35,093 nucleotides of DNA from an uncultured Bacillota bacterium (GTDB lineage: Bacteria > Bacillota > Clostridia > Peptostreptococcales > Anaerovoracaceae): positions 1 through 35,093 of the forward strand of contig CAMOZS010000001.1 of NCBI GenBank assembly GCA_946631075.1, in the 5' to 3' direction. Shown piece by piece: positions 9,022-17,906 of this stretch. The notes below the pieces were generated by a model. The model had not been told where the DNA came from. It saw only the letters and a list, made by a program, of their open reading frames with translations, and searched no databases. Position numbers and translations under genes: made by a program. Each line of letters opens with the position of its first letter. The first letter of the stretch is position 1.

Positions 9022-10239
9022 TCAGTTCTGTCTCCTGCGTAGGATCCAGTCGGTATCCACAGGATGGTCCATCTTCATCTTCAGGATCTGCTGGGGATGA
9101 GGGGCAGCTTCGATAGCCTCCCCCTCCTCATCATACATCTCGCTGATCTTCTGGCTGAAGCCGGCATTTCCGGGGCCGAAGACCTCGATCTCATCGCCCA
9201 GGACCATCTTGTTCCTCTGCTCCACCACAGCCAGTCCGCTTTCCGGATCGTAGCTTCTGACCAGGCCCACGAAGGCGTAGTCCCTGGAATAGGCGCTGGA
9301 GGAATAGTTCTGATCCTCCGCCCCCGGCTGATGATAGTAGAAACCGGTGGTGAAATTCCGGTGGCTTGCCTTCATCATCTCTTCCATCCAGGCCGGATCG
9401 AAATCCTGCCCCGCCTCATAGGCGTCGATGGCCTTCCGGTAGGCCCCGATCACGTGGGCGATATAGAAGATGCTCTTCATCCGCCCCTCGATCTTGAGGG
9501 AGGTCACTCCAGCCTTTGCAAGATCTCCGATATGGTCCAGCATGCAGAGATCGTTGGAGTTGAAGATGTAGGTCCCCCGGTCATCTTCCTCCACCGGCCA
9601 GTACTCGCCCGGCCTCTTCTCCTCCTCCAGCCTGTACTTGTAGCGACAGGGATGGGCGCATGCTCCCCGGTTGGCGTCCCGGCCGGTCATGAAATTGCTC
9701 AGAAGGCAGCGGCCCGAATAGGAGATGCACATAGCTCCGTGGGCGAAGGCCTCCAGTTCCATGTCCTCCGGGATCTGCTGGCGGATCTGGCCGATCTCCT
9801 CCAGGGAAAGCTCTCTTGCCAGGACCAGTCTGCGGATCCCCATGTCGTACCAGAACCGGGCCGACAGATAGTTGGTCGTGTTGGCCTGGGTCGACAGGTG
9901 GAGCTCAGCCTCCGGGAAATGCTCCCGCAAAAGCTGGATGACCGCCGGATCCGACACGATAAAGGCGTCGATGGGTATATCCGAAATGGTCTCCAGGTAT
10001 TCCTGCAAAGGCTGCAGGTCCTCGTTGTGGGCGTAGATGTTGAGGGTCATGTGGCAGCGGACCCCCCGCTCGTGGGCGTAGGCCGTGCACTCCCGGATCT
10101 CCTCGGTGGTGAATCCCCCTGCTCCCGCCCTGAGGCTGAATTCCTTGCCGCCGAAATAAACGGCGTCAGCCCCGTAGCGGATGGCTATCTTCAGTTTTTC
10201 CGGATCGCCTGCCGGCGCCAGTAATTCGATGTGCTTCAT
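9022..10239 (-). CDS. U32 family protein, TrhP/YrrO-like tRNA U34 hydroxylation protein
   Basis: ELLAPAG, GADAVY, LHLSTQAN, Fe-S motif HGAMCISYSGRC...NRGACAHPCR, SLKIEGRMKS; ATGA overlap with the upstream methyltransferase. Confidence 0.93.
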   Translation of the reverse strand: MKHIELLAPAGDPEKLKIAIRYGADAVYFGGKEFSLRAGAGGFTTEEIRECTAYAHERGVRCHMTLNIYAHNEDLQPLQEYLETISDIPIDAFIVSDPAVIQLLREHFPEAELHLSTQANTTNYLSARFWYDMGIRRLVLARELSLEEIGQIRQQIPEDMELEAFAHGAMCISYSGRCLLSNFMTGRDANRGACAHPCRYKYRLEEEKRPGEYWPVEEDDRGTYIFNSNDLCMLDHIGDLAKAGVTSLKIEGRMKSIFYIAHVIGAYRKAIDAYEAGQDFDPAWMEEMMKASHRNFTTGFYYHQPGAEDQNYSSSAYSRDYAFVGLVRSYDPESGLAVVEQRNKMVLGDEIEVFGPGNAGFSQKISEMYDEEGEAIEAAPHPQQILKMKMDHPVDTDWILRRRQN

Positions 10240-10937
10240 GATCTGATAAACTCCTGATAGGCTTCCCTGTCGATCCGGCTGATGGAGACCCCGTCCCCAA
10301 CGGTCAGGATGCAGGTGTCCGCGTAGGGAAGCTCCTTGAGAAACTGAAGAAAGTCGCGCATATTGCGGATGCTGGTCCGGTGCTTATGGGCCGCCTCCTC
10401 GGGAGCGATGGCCGTAAGTCCCCTCATCAGGACATTGTCGCAGACGATGAGGGCGTCCTCGCTGACCAGGGGCAGGCACAGGTCCCAGAATTCACGGTAA
10501 TGGCTCTTGGCGGCGTCGATGAAGACGAAGTCGAAGCCCTCTTCCGAGGCCCTGAATTCCGAATCGTTCATTTCCTCCAGGACGTCCTGGGCGTTGCCGT
10601 TGATCACGAAGATCTGGCCGCTGTGGCCCAGCTGACGGATGTTGGAGCACGCCGTCCGGTAGAGAGACTCGTCCCGTTCGATGCTGAGTATGTCCGCCTT
10701 GCAGCATTCCGCGAAAAAGCACGCCGAATAGCCGATCGCAGTCCCGATCTCCAGGATCCGCGCCGGCTTCTGCAGGGCGACCAGGATGCGCAGGAGCTCT
10801 TCCGTGTCCTTCTGGATGATGGGCACATGATGTTCCTCCGCGAAGGACCTCAGTTCCATCAGGGACGGGTCCGGCTCCTGATAAAAGGCATCCACATAAG
10901 AAGATATTAGTTCGCTTACTATATTGTCACTGTCCAT
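10236..10937 (-). CDS. O-methyltransferase, TrmR/YrrM-like (tRNA 5-hydroxyuridine methyltransferase candidate)
   Basis: VPII, ILEIGTAIGYS, FDFVFIDAAKSHY, CDNVL, VGDG; mltG-MTase-U32 order matches B. subtilis yrrL-yrrM-yrrN/O. Confidence 0.9.
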   Translation of the reverse strand: MDSDNIVSELISSYVDAFYQEPDPSLMELRSFAEEHHVPIIQKDTEELLRILVALQKPARILEIGTAIGYSACFFAECCKADILSIERDESLYRTACSNIRQLGHSGQIFVINGNAQDVLEEMNDSEFRASEEGFDFVFIDAAKSHYREFWDLCLPLVSEDALIVCDNVLMRGLTAIAPEEAAHKHRTSIRNMRDFLQFLKELPYADTCILTVGDGVSISRIDREAYQEFIRS

Positions 10938-12026
10938 TTACTGAGCCAGATCCTCCTCGCTCCATGGGTGTTCACTGATGTTTTTCTCGTGCTCCGCTTC
11001 TGTCTTGGCGTAGTAGACCGTTCCGTCCGGTCCCGCGAAGAAGAAGAGGTAGTCGTTGTCTTCGTAATTGATCACCGAATCCATAGCGTCGGAGATCACC
11101 TGACAGATGGGTCCCGGCGGAAGTCCCGCCACCTTCCTGGTGTTATAGGGGCTGTCGCTGGAAAGCTGGCTGACCTTGAGGTCTACCCTGTCCTCCTGGA
11201 AGATGTAGCATACGGTAACGTCGCTGCCAAGGGACATGCCCTCCTCCAGCCGGTTCATGAATACGCCGGCCACTCCCGCCTGATCATCGGCCGTCGCCTC
11301 CTTGGTGACGATGGATGTCATGTTCAGGAATTCATGGCCGGTGAAGCCGCTGGCTTCGATCTGAGCCTTCCTCTCGGTCAGGGCCTCGTCCATCTGGTCA
11401 AGACACATTTCGGTGAAGCTTTCGATGGTGACATCATCGGATGTCAGATAATAAGTATCCGCGTAAAGGTATCCTTCCAGAGGATACATGACCTTGTCGT
11501 CCAGGATCTCATCGGTCAGGAACCAGTACTTGTCGATCAGCTCCTTCAGATACTCCGTATCGCACCACTTGTTCATGATCTCCTTGGGATAGTAGCCCAA
11601 CTGCTCCGAGATATCGTTGGCCACCTGCTCCAGACGGGCTCCGTCGGCCACCTTGATGGACTCCTTGAGCAGATAGTCGAAGTTGCCGGTGTTGATGACC
11701 TCCATGATCTCAGGGAAGGTCATGGACTTGTTCAGCAGGTAGGTATTGGCCTGCAGGGAGTCGTATCCGCCGATCTTGGCCTTGATCTTGGCGGCGGTCC
11801 GGTTCTTGACCAGGCCCTGTTCATCCAGCAGGTCCACGATATAGGAGGCTCCGCTTCCGGAGGGGATCTCCACCGTGATCTCATCGGTATTGGACGGGTC
11901 CGGAGCGCCCAGACCGTTCAGGTAATACAGGATCCCGCCGGAAAAGGCGGCGACGATCACAACGATGATGATCGCGATCCATTTGAGCTTCGATCCTTTT
12001 TTCTTAGCAGCACCAGTTTCGGACAT
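10938..12026 (-). CDS. mltG: Endolytic transglycosylase MltG
   Basis: Single N-terminal TM, LEGYLYADTY, catalytic SIVTKEA, VAGVFMNRL, SPYNT..AGLPPGPI, YLFF. Confidence 0.95.
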   Translation of the reverse strand: MSETGAAKKKGSKLKWIAIIIVVIVAAFSGGILYYLNGLGAPDPSNTDEITVEIPSGSGASYIVDLLDEQGLVKNRTAAKIKAKIGGYDSLQANTYLLNKSMTFPEIMEVINTGNFDYLLKESIKVADGARLEQVANDISEQLGYYPKEIMNKWCDTEYLKELIDKYWFLTDEILDDKVMYPLEGYLYADTYYLTSDDVTIESFTEMCLDQMDEALTERKAQIEASGFTGHEFLNMTSIVTKEATADDQAGVAGVFMNRLEEGMSLGSDVTVCYIFQEDRVDLKVSQLSSDSPYNTRKVAGLPPGPICQVISDAMDSVINYEDNDYLFFFAGPDGTVYYAKTEAEHEKNISEHPWSEEDLAQ

Positions 12027-12057
12027 AAATCACCTCTTACGCGAAAATAACCTATAA

Positions 12058-12087
12058 GAAAAAGGAACGACAGATCGTTCCTTTTTC
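12058..12087. terminator. Intrinsic, potentially bidirectional terminator downstream of efp
   Basis: Perfect 13-bp inverted repeat GAAAAAGGAACGA-caga-TCGTTCCTTTTTC with A/T tracts at both ends, 7 nt after the efp stop. Confidence 0.85.
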
Positions 12088-12094
12088 GGAATCA

Positions 12095-12655
12095 CTATTT
12101 AGATCTGCCCAGGTATTCGCCGGACCTTGTATCGATCTGGATCCGCTCCCCTTCTTCGATGAAGATCGGGACCTGGACCACCGCGCCCGTTTCCACGGTA
12201 GCGGCCTTGGTGACGTTGGTGGCTGTATCGCCCTTGACGCCTGGTTCTGTCTCTGTGACCATCAGGTCAACGAAGTTGGGGGCGTCTACCTGGAAGGCGT
12301 TGCCCTGATAGAACTTGATGGTCGCTTCGTCGTTCTCTCTCAGATATTTGATGGCTTCTTCTACCTGATCATATGCCAGGGGGATCTGATCGAAAGTCTC
12401 AGGATCCATGAAGTAGTACAGCTCTCCGTCGTTGTACAGATACTGCATGGTCTTGGTCTCGATGTGAGCCTTCGGGAACTTGGCGTCCGGGTTGAAGGAC
12501 TCTTCCTTGATGGCTCCGGTCAGGATGTTCTTGTGCTTGGTTCTGACGAAAGCAGCTCCCTTGCCCGGCTTCACGTGCTGGAAATCCAGAACCACATGGG
12601 GATCGCCATCTATTTCAAATGTAATGCCTTTTCTGAAATCACCTGCATAAATCAT
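12095..12655 (-). CDS. efp: Elongation factor P
   Basis: [43 protein letters not shown]; 186 aa. Confidence 0.99.
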   Translation of the reverse strand: MIYAGDFRKGITFEIDGDPHVVLDFQHVKPGKGAAFVRTKHKNILTGAIKEESFNPDAKFPKAHIETKTMQYLYNDGELYYFMDPETFDQIPLAYDQVEEAIKYLRENDEATIKFYQGNAFQVDAPNFVDLMVTETEPGVKGDTATNVTKAATVETGAVVQVPIFIEEGERIQIDTRSGEYLGRSK

Positions 12656-12696
12656 AGTATCTCGCCTTTCTCTTTTTCGATATCATTAACGTAACG

Positions 12697-12726
12697 ATTA
12701 TACCAAAACAATGTCGTATTAGTCAA
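12697..12726 (-). promoter_or_regulatory. SigmaA-type promoter for efp
   Basis: TTGACT (12726-12721), 18 nt, TG-N-TATAAT (-10 at 12702-12697) in an AT-rich spacer. Confidence 0.8.
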
Positions 12727-12734
12727 TTACTCTG

Positions 12735-13088
12735 TTAGCCCATCTTGAAGGGACCGTCCAGTCCGAAATCGGACACCTCTCCGACGATCTTGTAGACGTC
12801 GGACATCATCATGGTGAACCGCATCTGGCACTGCAGATAGTTGGCAGCCAGGGGGTCCTGCATCAGGACTACGCTCAGCTGCTGCAGCTGCTGGAAGGCT
12901 TCTTCATCGACGGCCTGCCCCATCATCTGCATGGTCTGCAGCTCCAGCTGCTTGCTCATGAAATCCTTGATGGCCTTGTCCAGATCCGGATTTGCCTCGA
13001 TCTGTTTCTTGGTGGAGTCGAACTGCTTGAATTCCTCGGACTCACGGATGGCTCTGGCCAGCTGATGGGCCTGATCGTATACGTTCAT
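12735..13088 (-). CDS. YlbF/YheA (Com_YlbF) family regulator
   Basis: MNVYDQAHQLARAIRESEEF start, helical Q-rich 117 aa, MMMSDVYKI end; AAGGAG SD. Confidence 0.88.
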   Translation of the reverse strand: MNVYDQAHQLARAIRESEEFKQFDSTKKQIEANPDLDKAIKDFMSKQLELQTMQMMGQAVDEEAFQQLQQLSVVLMQDPLAANYLQCQMRFTMMMSDVYKIVGEVSDFGLDGPFKMG

Positions 13089-13103
13089 CTCATGCTCCTT
13101 TCC

Positions 13104-15053
13104 CTATACTTCCTGGAAAATGGGAAGTATGATCGGCGTGCGCTTTGTTTTCTGGTATATGTATTTTCTTACTTCTTCACGGACCTTGGTCTTGATGGCG
13201 TTCCAGTCGGTCGTGTTCCTGTCCAGACAGGATACGATGGAATCCTCAGCGATGCTGCAGGCCTTGTCGATCAGGTCCTCGTTTTCCCGGGCATAGACGA
13301 ATCCCCGGGTGATGATGTCGGGCCCGGCGACCAGCCTCTGTTCATTGCTGTCGATGGCCGCCACCAGGATGACCAGTCCCGACTCGGAGAGCAGGCGGCG
13401 GTCCCGCAGGACGATATTGCCTACATCGCCGACTCCAAGGCCGTCGACCATGACCGGTCCGGCCTGGACTGCCTTGGCCGTCTTTTTGGCGCTGTCCGCC
13501 GAAACGGACAGGGCGTCGCCGTTCTCCAGCAGGAAGATGTTGTCCGGGTCCATGCCCAGATATTCCGCCAGCTGGGCGTGCTTCTGCAGGAAGCGGTATT
13601 CCCCGTGGACCGGCATGAAGAATTTAGGCCGGATCAGGGAGTGCATCAGCTTCAGCTCTTCCCGGCAGGCGTGGCCCGATACATGAGTCTCCGCGATGTC
13701 GGAATAGATGACCTCCGCCCCCTTCTCGATCAGCTGATCGACGACGTTGGATACGGTCAGCTCGTTTCCGGGTACCGGCGTTGAGGACAGGATGACCATG
13801 TCCCCCTTCTTGATGTGGATGGTCTTATGCTCCATGGAGGCCATCCGGGCCAGAGCCGACATGGGCTCGCCCTGGCTTCCGGTGGTGATGATGACCAGCT
13901 GGTCGTCGGGGATGTTCCTGGTCCGGTTCAGGTCCACCAGCATGTGGTCCGGGATCCGGATATAGCCCAGTTCCTTGGCCAGCTCGAACACGTTGACCAT
14001 GCTCCGCCCGGAGATGGCCACCTTGCGCTTGCACTGGAGGGCGATATCGATGATCCTCTGGATCCGGTGCACATTCGATGAGAATGTGGCGATGATGATC
14101 CTGCTCTTGGCGCTGCGGAAGATGATGTCCAGGGTCTCCCCTACCTTCATCTCCGACCGGGTGTACCCCTGCCGCATGACGTTGGTGCTGTCCGCCATCA
14201 TCAGCAGTACCCCTTCGTTTCCGATCTGGGCCAGACGGCCGAAGTTGATCTTGTTGCCGTCCACCGGCGTATAGTCGATCTTGAAGTCGCCGGTATGGAA
14301 GATGGCTCCTGCCGGCGTATCGATCTTCAGGCAGATGGAGTCCGCTATAGAATGGGTGATCCGCTGGGCTTCCACCCGGAAATACTTGCCCAGGGGGAAG
14401 ATGTCCCCCGCCTCGATATAGTGCATGTCCGCCTTCAGACCGTGCTCGTCCAGCTTGTTCTGGATCAGGCCCAGAGGGAACCGCATGCCGTAGATGGGCA
14501 CGTTCAGCTCCTTCAGCAGGAAGGGAATCCCTCCGATATGGTCTTCGTGGCCGTGGGTGATCACCAGGCCGCGGATCTTCTTGTCTGTTTCCTTGAGATA
14601 GGTAAAGTCCGGAATGACCTTGTCGATGCCGAACATGTCGTCATCGGGAAAGGACAGGCCGCAGTCGATGATCATGATCTCGTCGTCATACTCGATAGCG
14701 GTCATGTTCTTGCCGATCTCGTGAAGGCCTCCCAGGGGGATGATCTTAACGGGCAAAGTCTGGACCGGCCGGCTCTTGCGGGCCTTGGCGGCAGAAGCCC
14801 CTGTCTGGGCTGCTTTCTTGGCCCCTTTCTTGACCGTTTTGGCGGGCTTGGTGTTCCTGACCGGATTTGCCGGCTTGGCGGGCTTGCTTTTCTTGGTCCC
14901 CCCTGCCGGTCTTGCCGGCTTGTAGGCCCTTGCCCCTGCCCCCTTGGCAGGTCTTGCCTGTTTGTTTTTGGTATTTCTTGCTCCCGGCCGGGCCGAAGGT
15001 TTGCCCTTGGCCCGGGGGGCTGCTGATTTATTGTTTCTCTTTTTTTCGCTCAT
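13104..15053 (-). CDS. rnj: Ribonuclease J with ~100-aa basic low-complexity N-terminal extension
   Basis: IIPLGGLHEIGKNM, THGHEDHIGG, HTGDFK, DSTN, TGSQGEPMSAL, HVSGHA, PVHGE, RDRRLLSESG. Confidence 0.97.
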   Translation of the reverse strand: MSEKKRNNKSAAPRAKGKPSARPGARNTKNKQARPAKGAGARAYKPARPAGGTKKSKPAKPANPVRNTKPAKTVKKGAKKAAQTGASAAKARKSRPVQTLPVKIIPLGGLHEIGKNMTAIEYDDEIMIIDCGLSFPDDDMFGIDKVIPDFTYLKETDKKIRGLVITHGHEDHIGGIPFLLKELNVPIYGMRFPLGLIQNKLDEHGLKADMHYIEAGDIFPLGKYFRVEAQRITHSIADSICLKIDTPAGAIFHTGDFKIDYTPVDGNKINFGRLAQIGNEGVLLMMADSTNVMRQGYTRSEMKVGETLDIIFRSAKSRIIIATFSSNVHRIQRIIDIALQCKRKVAISGRSMVNVFELAKELGYIRIPDHMLVDLNRTRNIPDDQLVIITTGSQGEPMSALARMASMEHKTIHIKKGDMVILSSTPVPGNELTVSNVVDQLIEKGAEVIYSDIAETHVSGHACREELKLMHSLIRPKFFMPVHGEYRFLQKHAQLAEYLGMDPDNIFLLENGDALSVSADSAKKTAKAVQAGPVMVDGLGVGDVGNIVLRDRRLLSESGLVILVAAIDSNEQRLVAGPDIITRGFVYARENEDLIDKACSIAEDSIVSCLDRNTTDWNAIKTKVREEVRKYIYQKTKRTPIILPIFQEV

Positions 15054-15065
15054 ATTCCTCTCTTA

Positions 15066-17537
15066 TCATTTAGCGACGATGTTGATGAGCCTGCCGGGAA
15101 CAGCAATGGTCTTGATGACATTCTTTCCTTCGGTCAGACCCCTGATCGTCTCATCCTCGGCCGCGATGGCCAGCATGTCGTCTCTGGTCGCATCGCCCGG
15201 GATATCTATCTTAGCTTTATTCTTACCGTTGATCTGGACGACGATCTCGATGGTGTCTTTGACCAGGGCGTCCGGATCATAGGAAGGCCAGCTCTGCGCG
15301 TAGGCCCTGCCCTCATAGCCCAGGTGCTCCCACATTTCCTCTGTGACATGGGGAACGAAGGGAGCCAGCAGGACGACCAGGGTCCGGATCGCGCAGGCAA
15401 ACAGTGTTTCGTTCACATCGCCTTCTCTGTATTTGTACATTTCGTTGACCAGTTCCATGATGGAGCTGATGGCCGTATTGAAGTTGAACCTCTCGCCGAT
15501 GTCCTCGGTCACCTTCTTGATGGTGTAGTTCAGGGTGTAGGCCAGCTTGCGGTCGGCGTCGTTTCTGATCTCGTACTCGCCCGGGACCGCCTTTTCGTAG
15601 TTGGCCTTGAAATCGTAGACCATCCGGTAGACACGGTTGAGGAAACGGAAGGATCCTTCTACTCCGCGGTCGGACCAGTCCAGCTCACGTTCCGGCGGCG
15701 CCGCGAACAGGATGAAGAGACGGGCCGTATCCGCGCCGTACTTCTCGATGATCTCCGCCGGGCTGACCACGTTGCCCAGAGACTTGCTCATCTTGGCTCC
15801 GTCCTTGATGACCATGCCCTGGGTCAGCAGGTTCTGGAAAGGCTCCTCGCTTGAGGTCAGGCCCAGATCATAGAGGGCCATCTGGAAGAACCTGGCGTAC
15901 ATCAGGTGAAGGATAGCGTGCTCCACTCCGCCGATATACTGGTCGACGTTCATCCAGTAGTCCGCCTTTTCCTTGCTGAAGGCCTGCTCGGTATTCCTGG
16001 CGTCGGTGTAACGGAGGAAGTACCAGGAGGAATCCAGGAAGGTATCCATGGTATCCAGCTCTCTCTTGGCCGGCTTGCCGCAGCAGGGACATACGGTGTC
16101 CGCGAAGGTCTTGGAAGTCGCCAGGGGGGATTCTCCCTTGCCGGTGAATTCCACGTCGGTGGGCAGCATGACCGGAAGGTTCTCTTCCTTCTCAGGCACC
16201 CAGCCGCAGTCCTCGCAGTAGATCATGGGGATGGGTGTTCCCCAGTATCTCTGACGGGAGATCAGCCAGTCCCGCAGACGGTAGGTGATGGTCGGCTCTC
16301 CGATCCCTCTCTCTTTGGCGACCAGGGCGATCTTCTCGATGGCTTCCTTATTGTTCATTCCGGAGAACTCGCCGGAATTGATCAGAACGCCTTCAGCGGC
16401 GCAGGCTTCCTTGAGGTCGTTGACATCCACTTCCGGATCCTGGGGATCGATGACCGGGATGATCTCCAGATCGAACTTTTTGGCGAAGTCAAAGTCTCTC
16501 TGGTCGTGAGCCGGAACGCCCATGACAGCGCCGGTCCCGTAGCCCATGAGGACGTAGTCGGAAATGTAGATGGGCATAGGCTTCTTGGTAAAGGGATTGA
16601 CGGCGTAGCGTCCGATGAAGACGCCGGTCTTCTCGTTGGTTGTGGATGTACGCTCGATCTCCGTCATGTGGGCGCAGCGGTCGATGTATTCTCTGACCGG
16701 AGCCTCATATTCGGTTCCCTCTACCATGGGGATCACGTCCGGATACTCCGGAGCCAGGACCATGAAGGTGGTTCCGTAGATGGTGTCGATCCTGGTGGTG
16801 AATACGGTCAGCTTCTCCTCTCTGTCCTGGACATCAAAGGTCGCCAGGGCGCCCTTGGATTTACCGATCCAGTTTCTCTGCATGGTCTTGACCTTGGTCG
16901 GCCATCCATCCAGCGTATCCAGGTTTTGCAGGAGCCGGTCCGCGTAATCGGTGATCTTGAAGTACCACTGGGACAGGTCCTTCTTGCCTACCGGCGACTT
17001 GCACCGCTCGCAGCAGCCGTCGACGACCTGTTCATTGGCCAGTACCGTCTGGCAGCTGGGGCACCAGTTGACCTGGCTCTCCTTCTTATAGGCCAGGCCC
17101 TTCTTGTAGAACTGGATGAAGATCCACTGCATCCAGCGGTAGTATTCCGGATGGCAGGTGGCCACTTCCCTGTTCCAGTCATAGGACAGGCCCATCTGCT
17201 TCAGCTGGTCCTGCATGTCGCTGATGTTTGCCCAGGTCCAGTCAGCAGGCGCAACGTTATGCTTGATGGCCGCGTTCTCCGCCGGGAGCCCGAATCCGTC
17301 CCATCCCATCGGATGGAGGACGTTGAAGCCGTTCATGGTCTTGAAACGGGCAAGGACGTCACCGATGGAATAGTTCCTCACGTGACCCATGTGGAGCTTG
17401 CCTGACGGGTAAGGGAACATTTCCAGGACGTAATACTTCTCTTTGTCCGGATCCTCGCTGACCCGGAAAGCATCCTCCTTCTCCCAGATCTGCTGCCATT
17501 TCTTCTCGATCTCTGTGAAATTGTACTTCTCTAACAT
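15066..17537 (-). CDS. leuS: Leucine--tRNA ligase
   Basis: [13 protein letters not shown] (HIGH), editing domain [34 protein letters not shown]; 823 aa. Confidence 0.99.
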   Translation of the reverse strand: MLEKYNFTEIEKKWQQIWEKEDAFRVSEDPDKEKYYVLEMFPYPSGKLHMGHVRNYSIGDVLARFKTMNGFNVLHPMGWDGFGLPAENAAIKHNVAPADWTWANISDMQDQLKQMGLSYDWNREVATCHPEYYRWMQWIFIQFYKKGLAYKKESQVNWCPSCQTVLANEQVVDGCCERCKSPVGKKDLSQWYFKITDYADRLLQNLDTLDGWPTKVKTMQRNWIGKSKGALATFDVQDREEKLTVFTTRIDTIYGTTFMVLAPEYPDVIPMVEGTEYEAPVREYIDRCAHMTEIERTSTTNEKTGVFIGRYAVNPFTKKPMPIYISDYVLMGYGTGAVMGVPAHDQRDFDFAKKFDLEIIPVIDPQDPEVDVNDLKEACAAEGVLINSGEFSGMNNKEAIEKIALVAKERGIGEPTITYRLRDWLISRQRYWGTPIPMIYCEDCGWVPEKEENLPVMLPTDVEFTGKGESPLATSKTFADTVCPCCGKPAKRELDTMDTFLDSSWYFLRYTDARNTEQAFSKEKADYWMNVDQYIGGVEHAILHLMYARFFQMALYDLGLTSSEEPFQNLLTQGMVIKDGAKMSKSLGNVVSPAEIIEKYGADTARLFILFAAPPERELDWSDRGVEGSFRFLNRVYRMVYDFKANYEKAVPGEYEIRNDADRKLAYTLNYTIKKVTEDIGERFNFNTAISSIMELVNEMYKYREGDVNETLFACAIRTLVVLLAPFVPHVTEEMWEHLGYEGRAYAQSWPSYDPDALVKDTIEIVVQINGKNKAKIDIPGDATRDDMLAIAAEDETIRGLTEGKNVIKTIAVPGRLINIVAK

Positions 17538-17561
17538 TGCTACCTACTTACCTCCATAATT

Positions 17562-17906
17562 CTATTCGCAGGTGACCATTTCGCAGTCGCCCCAGATTTT
17601 CTCGATATTATACTTCTCCCGCATCTCCACGGTCAGTATATTGACGATGACATCGCCGTAGTCCATCAGGATCCATCCCGAATCCTTCTTGCCCTCCACG
17701 CTCTTGGGAAAGATCTCCATGGGTTCCAGCAGATCTTCCACGTAGTCCTTGAGGGCTTCCAGCTGCCGCTGGCTTCCGGCAGACCCCATCACAAAGTAAT
17801 CCGCAAAGGATGACTTGGGGCTGATGTCGATGATACAGACATCGCCTGCTTTATTATCGCTTAGTTTCTTTGCGATCTTCTGAGCCATTTCTTTTGGTTC
17901 AAGCAT
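17562..17906 (-). CDS. rsfS: Ribosome silencing factor RsfS (Iojap)
   Basis: KA.DV.IIDI, ADYFV..S..S.RQ, WILMDYGDVIV, R..YNIEKIWGD. Confidence 0.96.
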   Translation of the reverse strand: MLEPKEMAQKIAKKLSDNKAGDVCIIDISPKSSFADYFVMGSAGSQRQLEALKDYVEDLLEPMEIFPKSVEGKKDSGWILMDYGDVIVNILTVEMREKYNIEKIWGDCEMVTCE

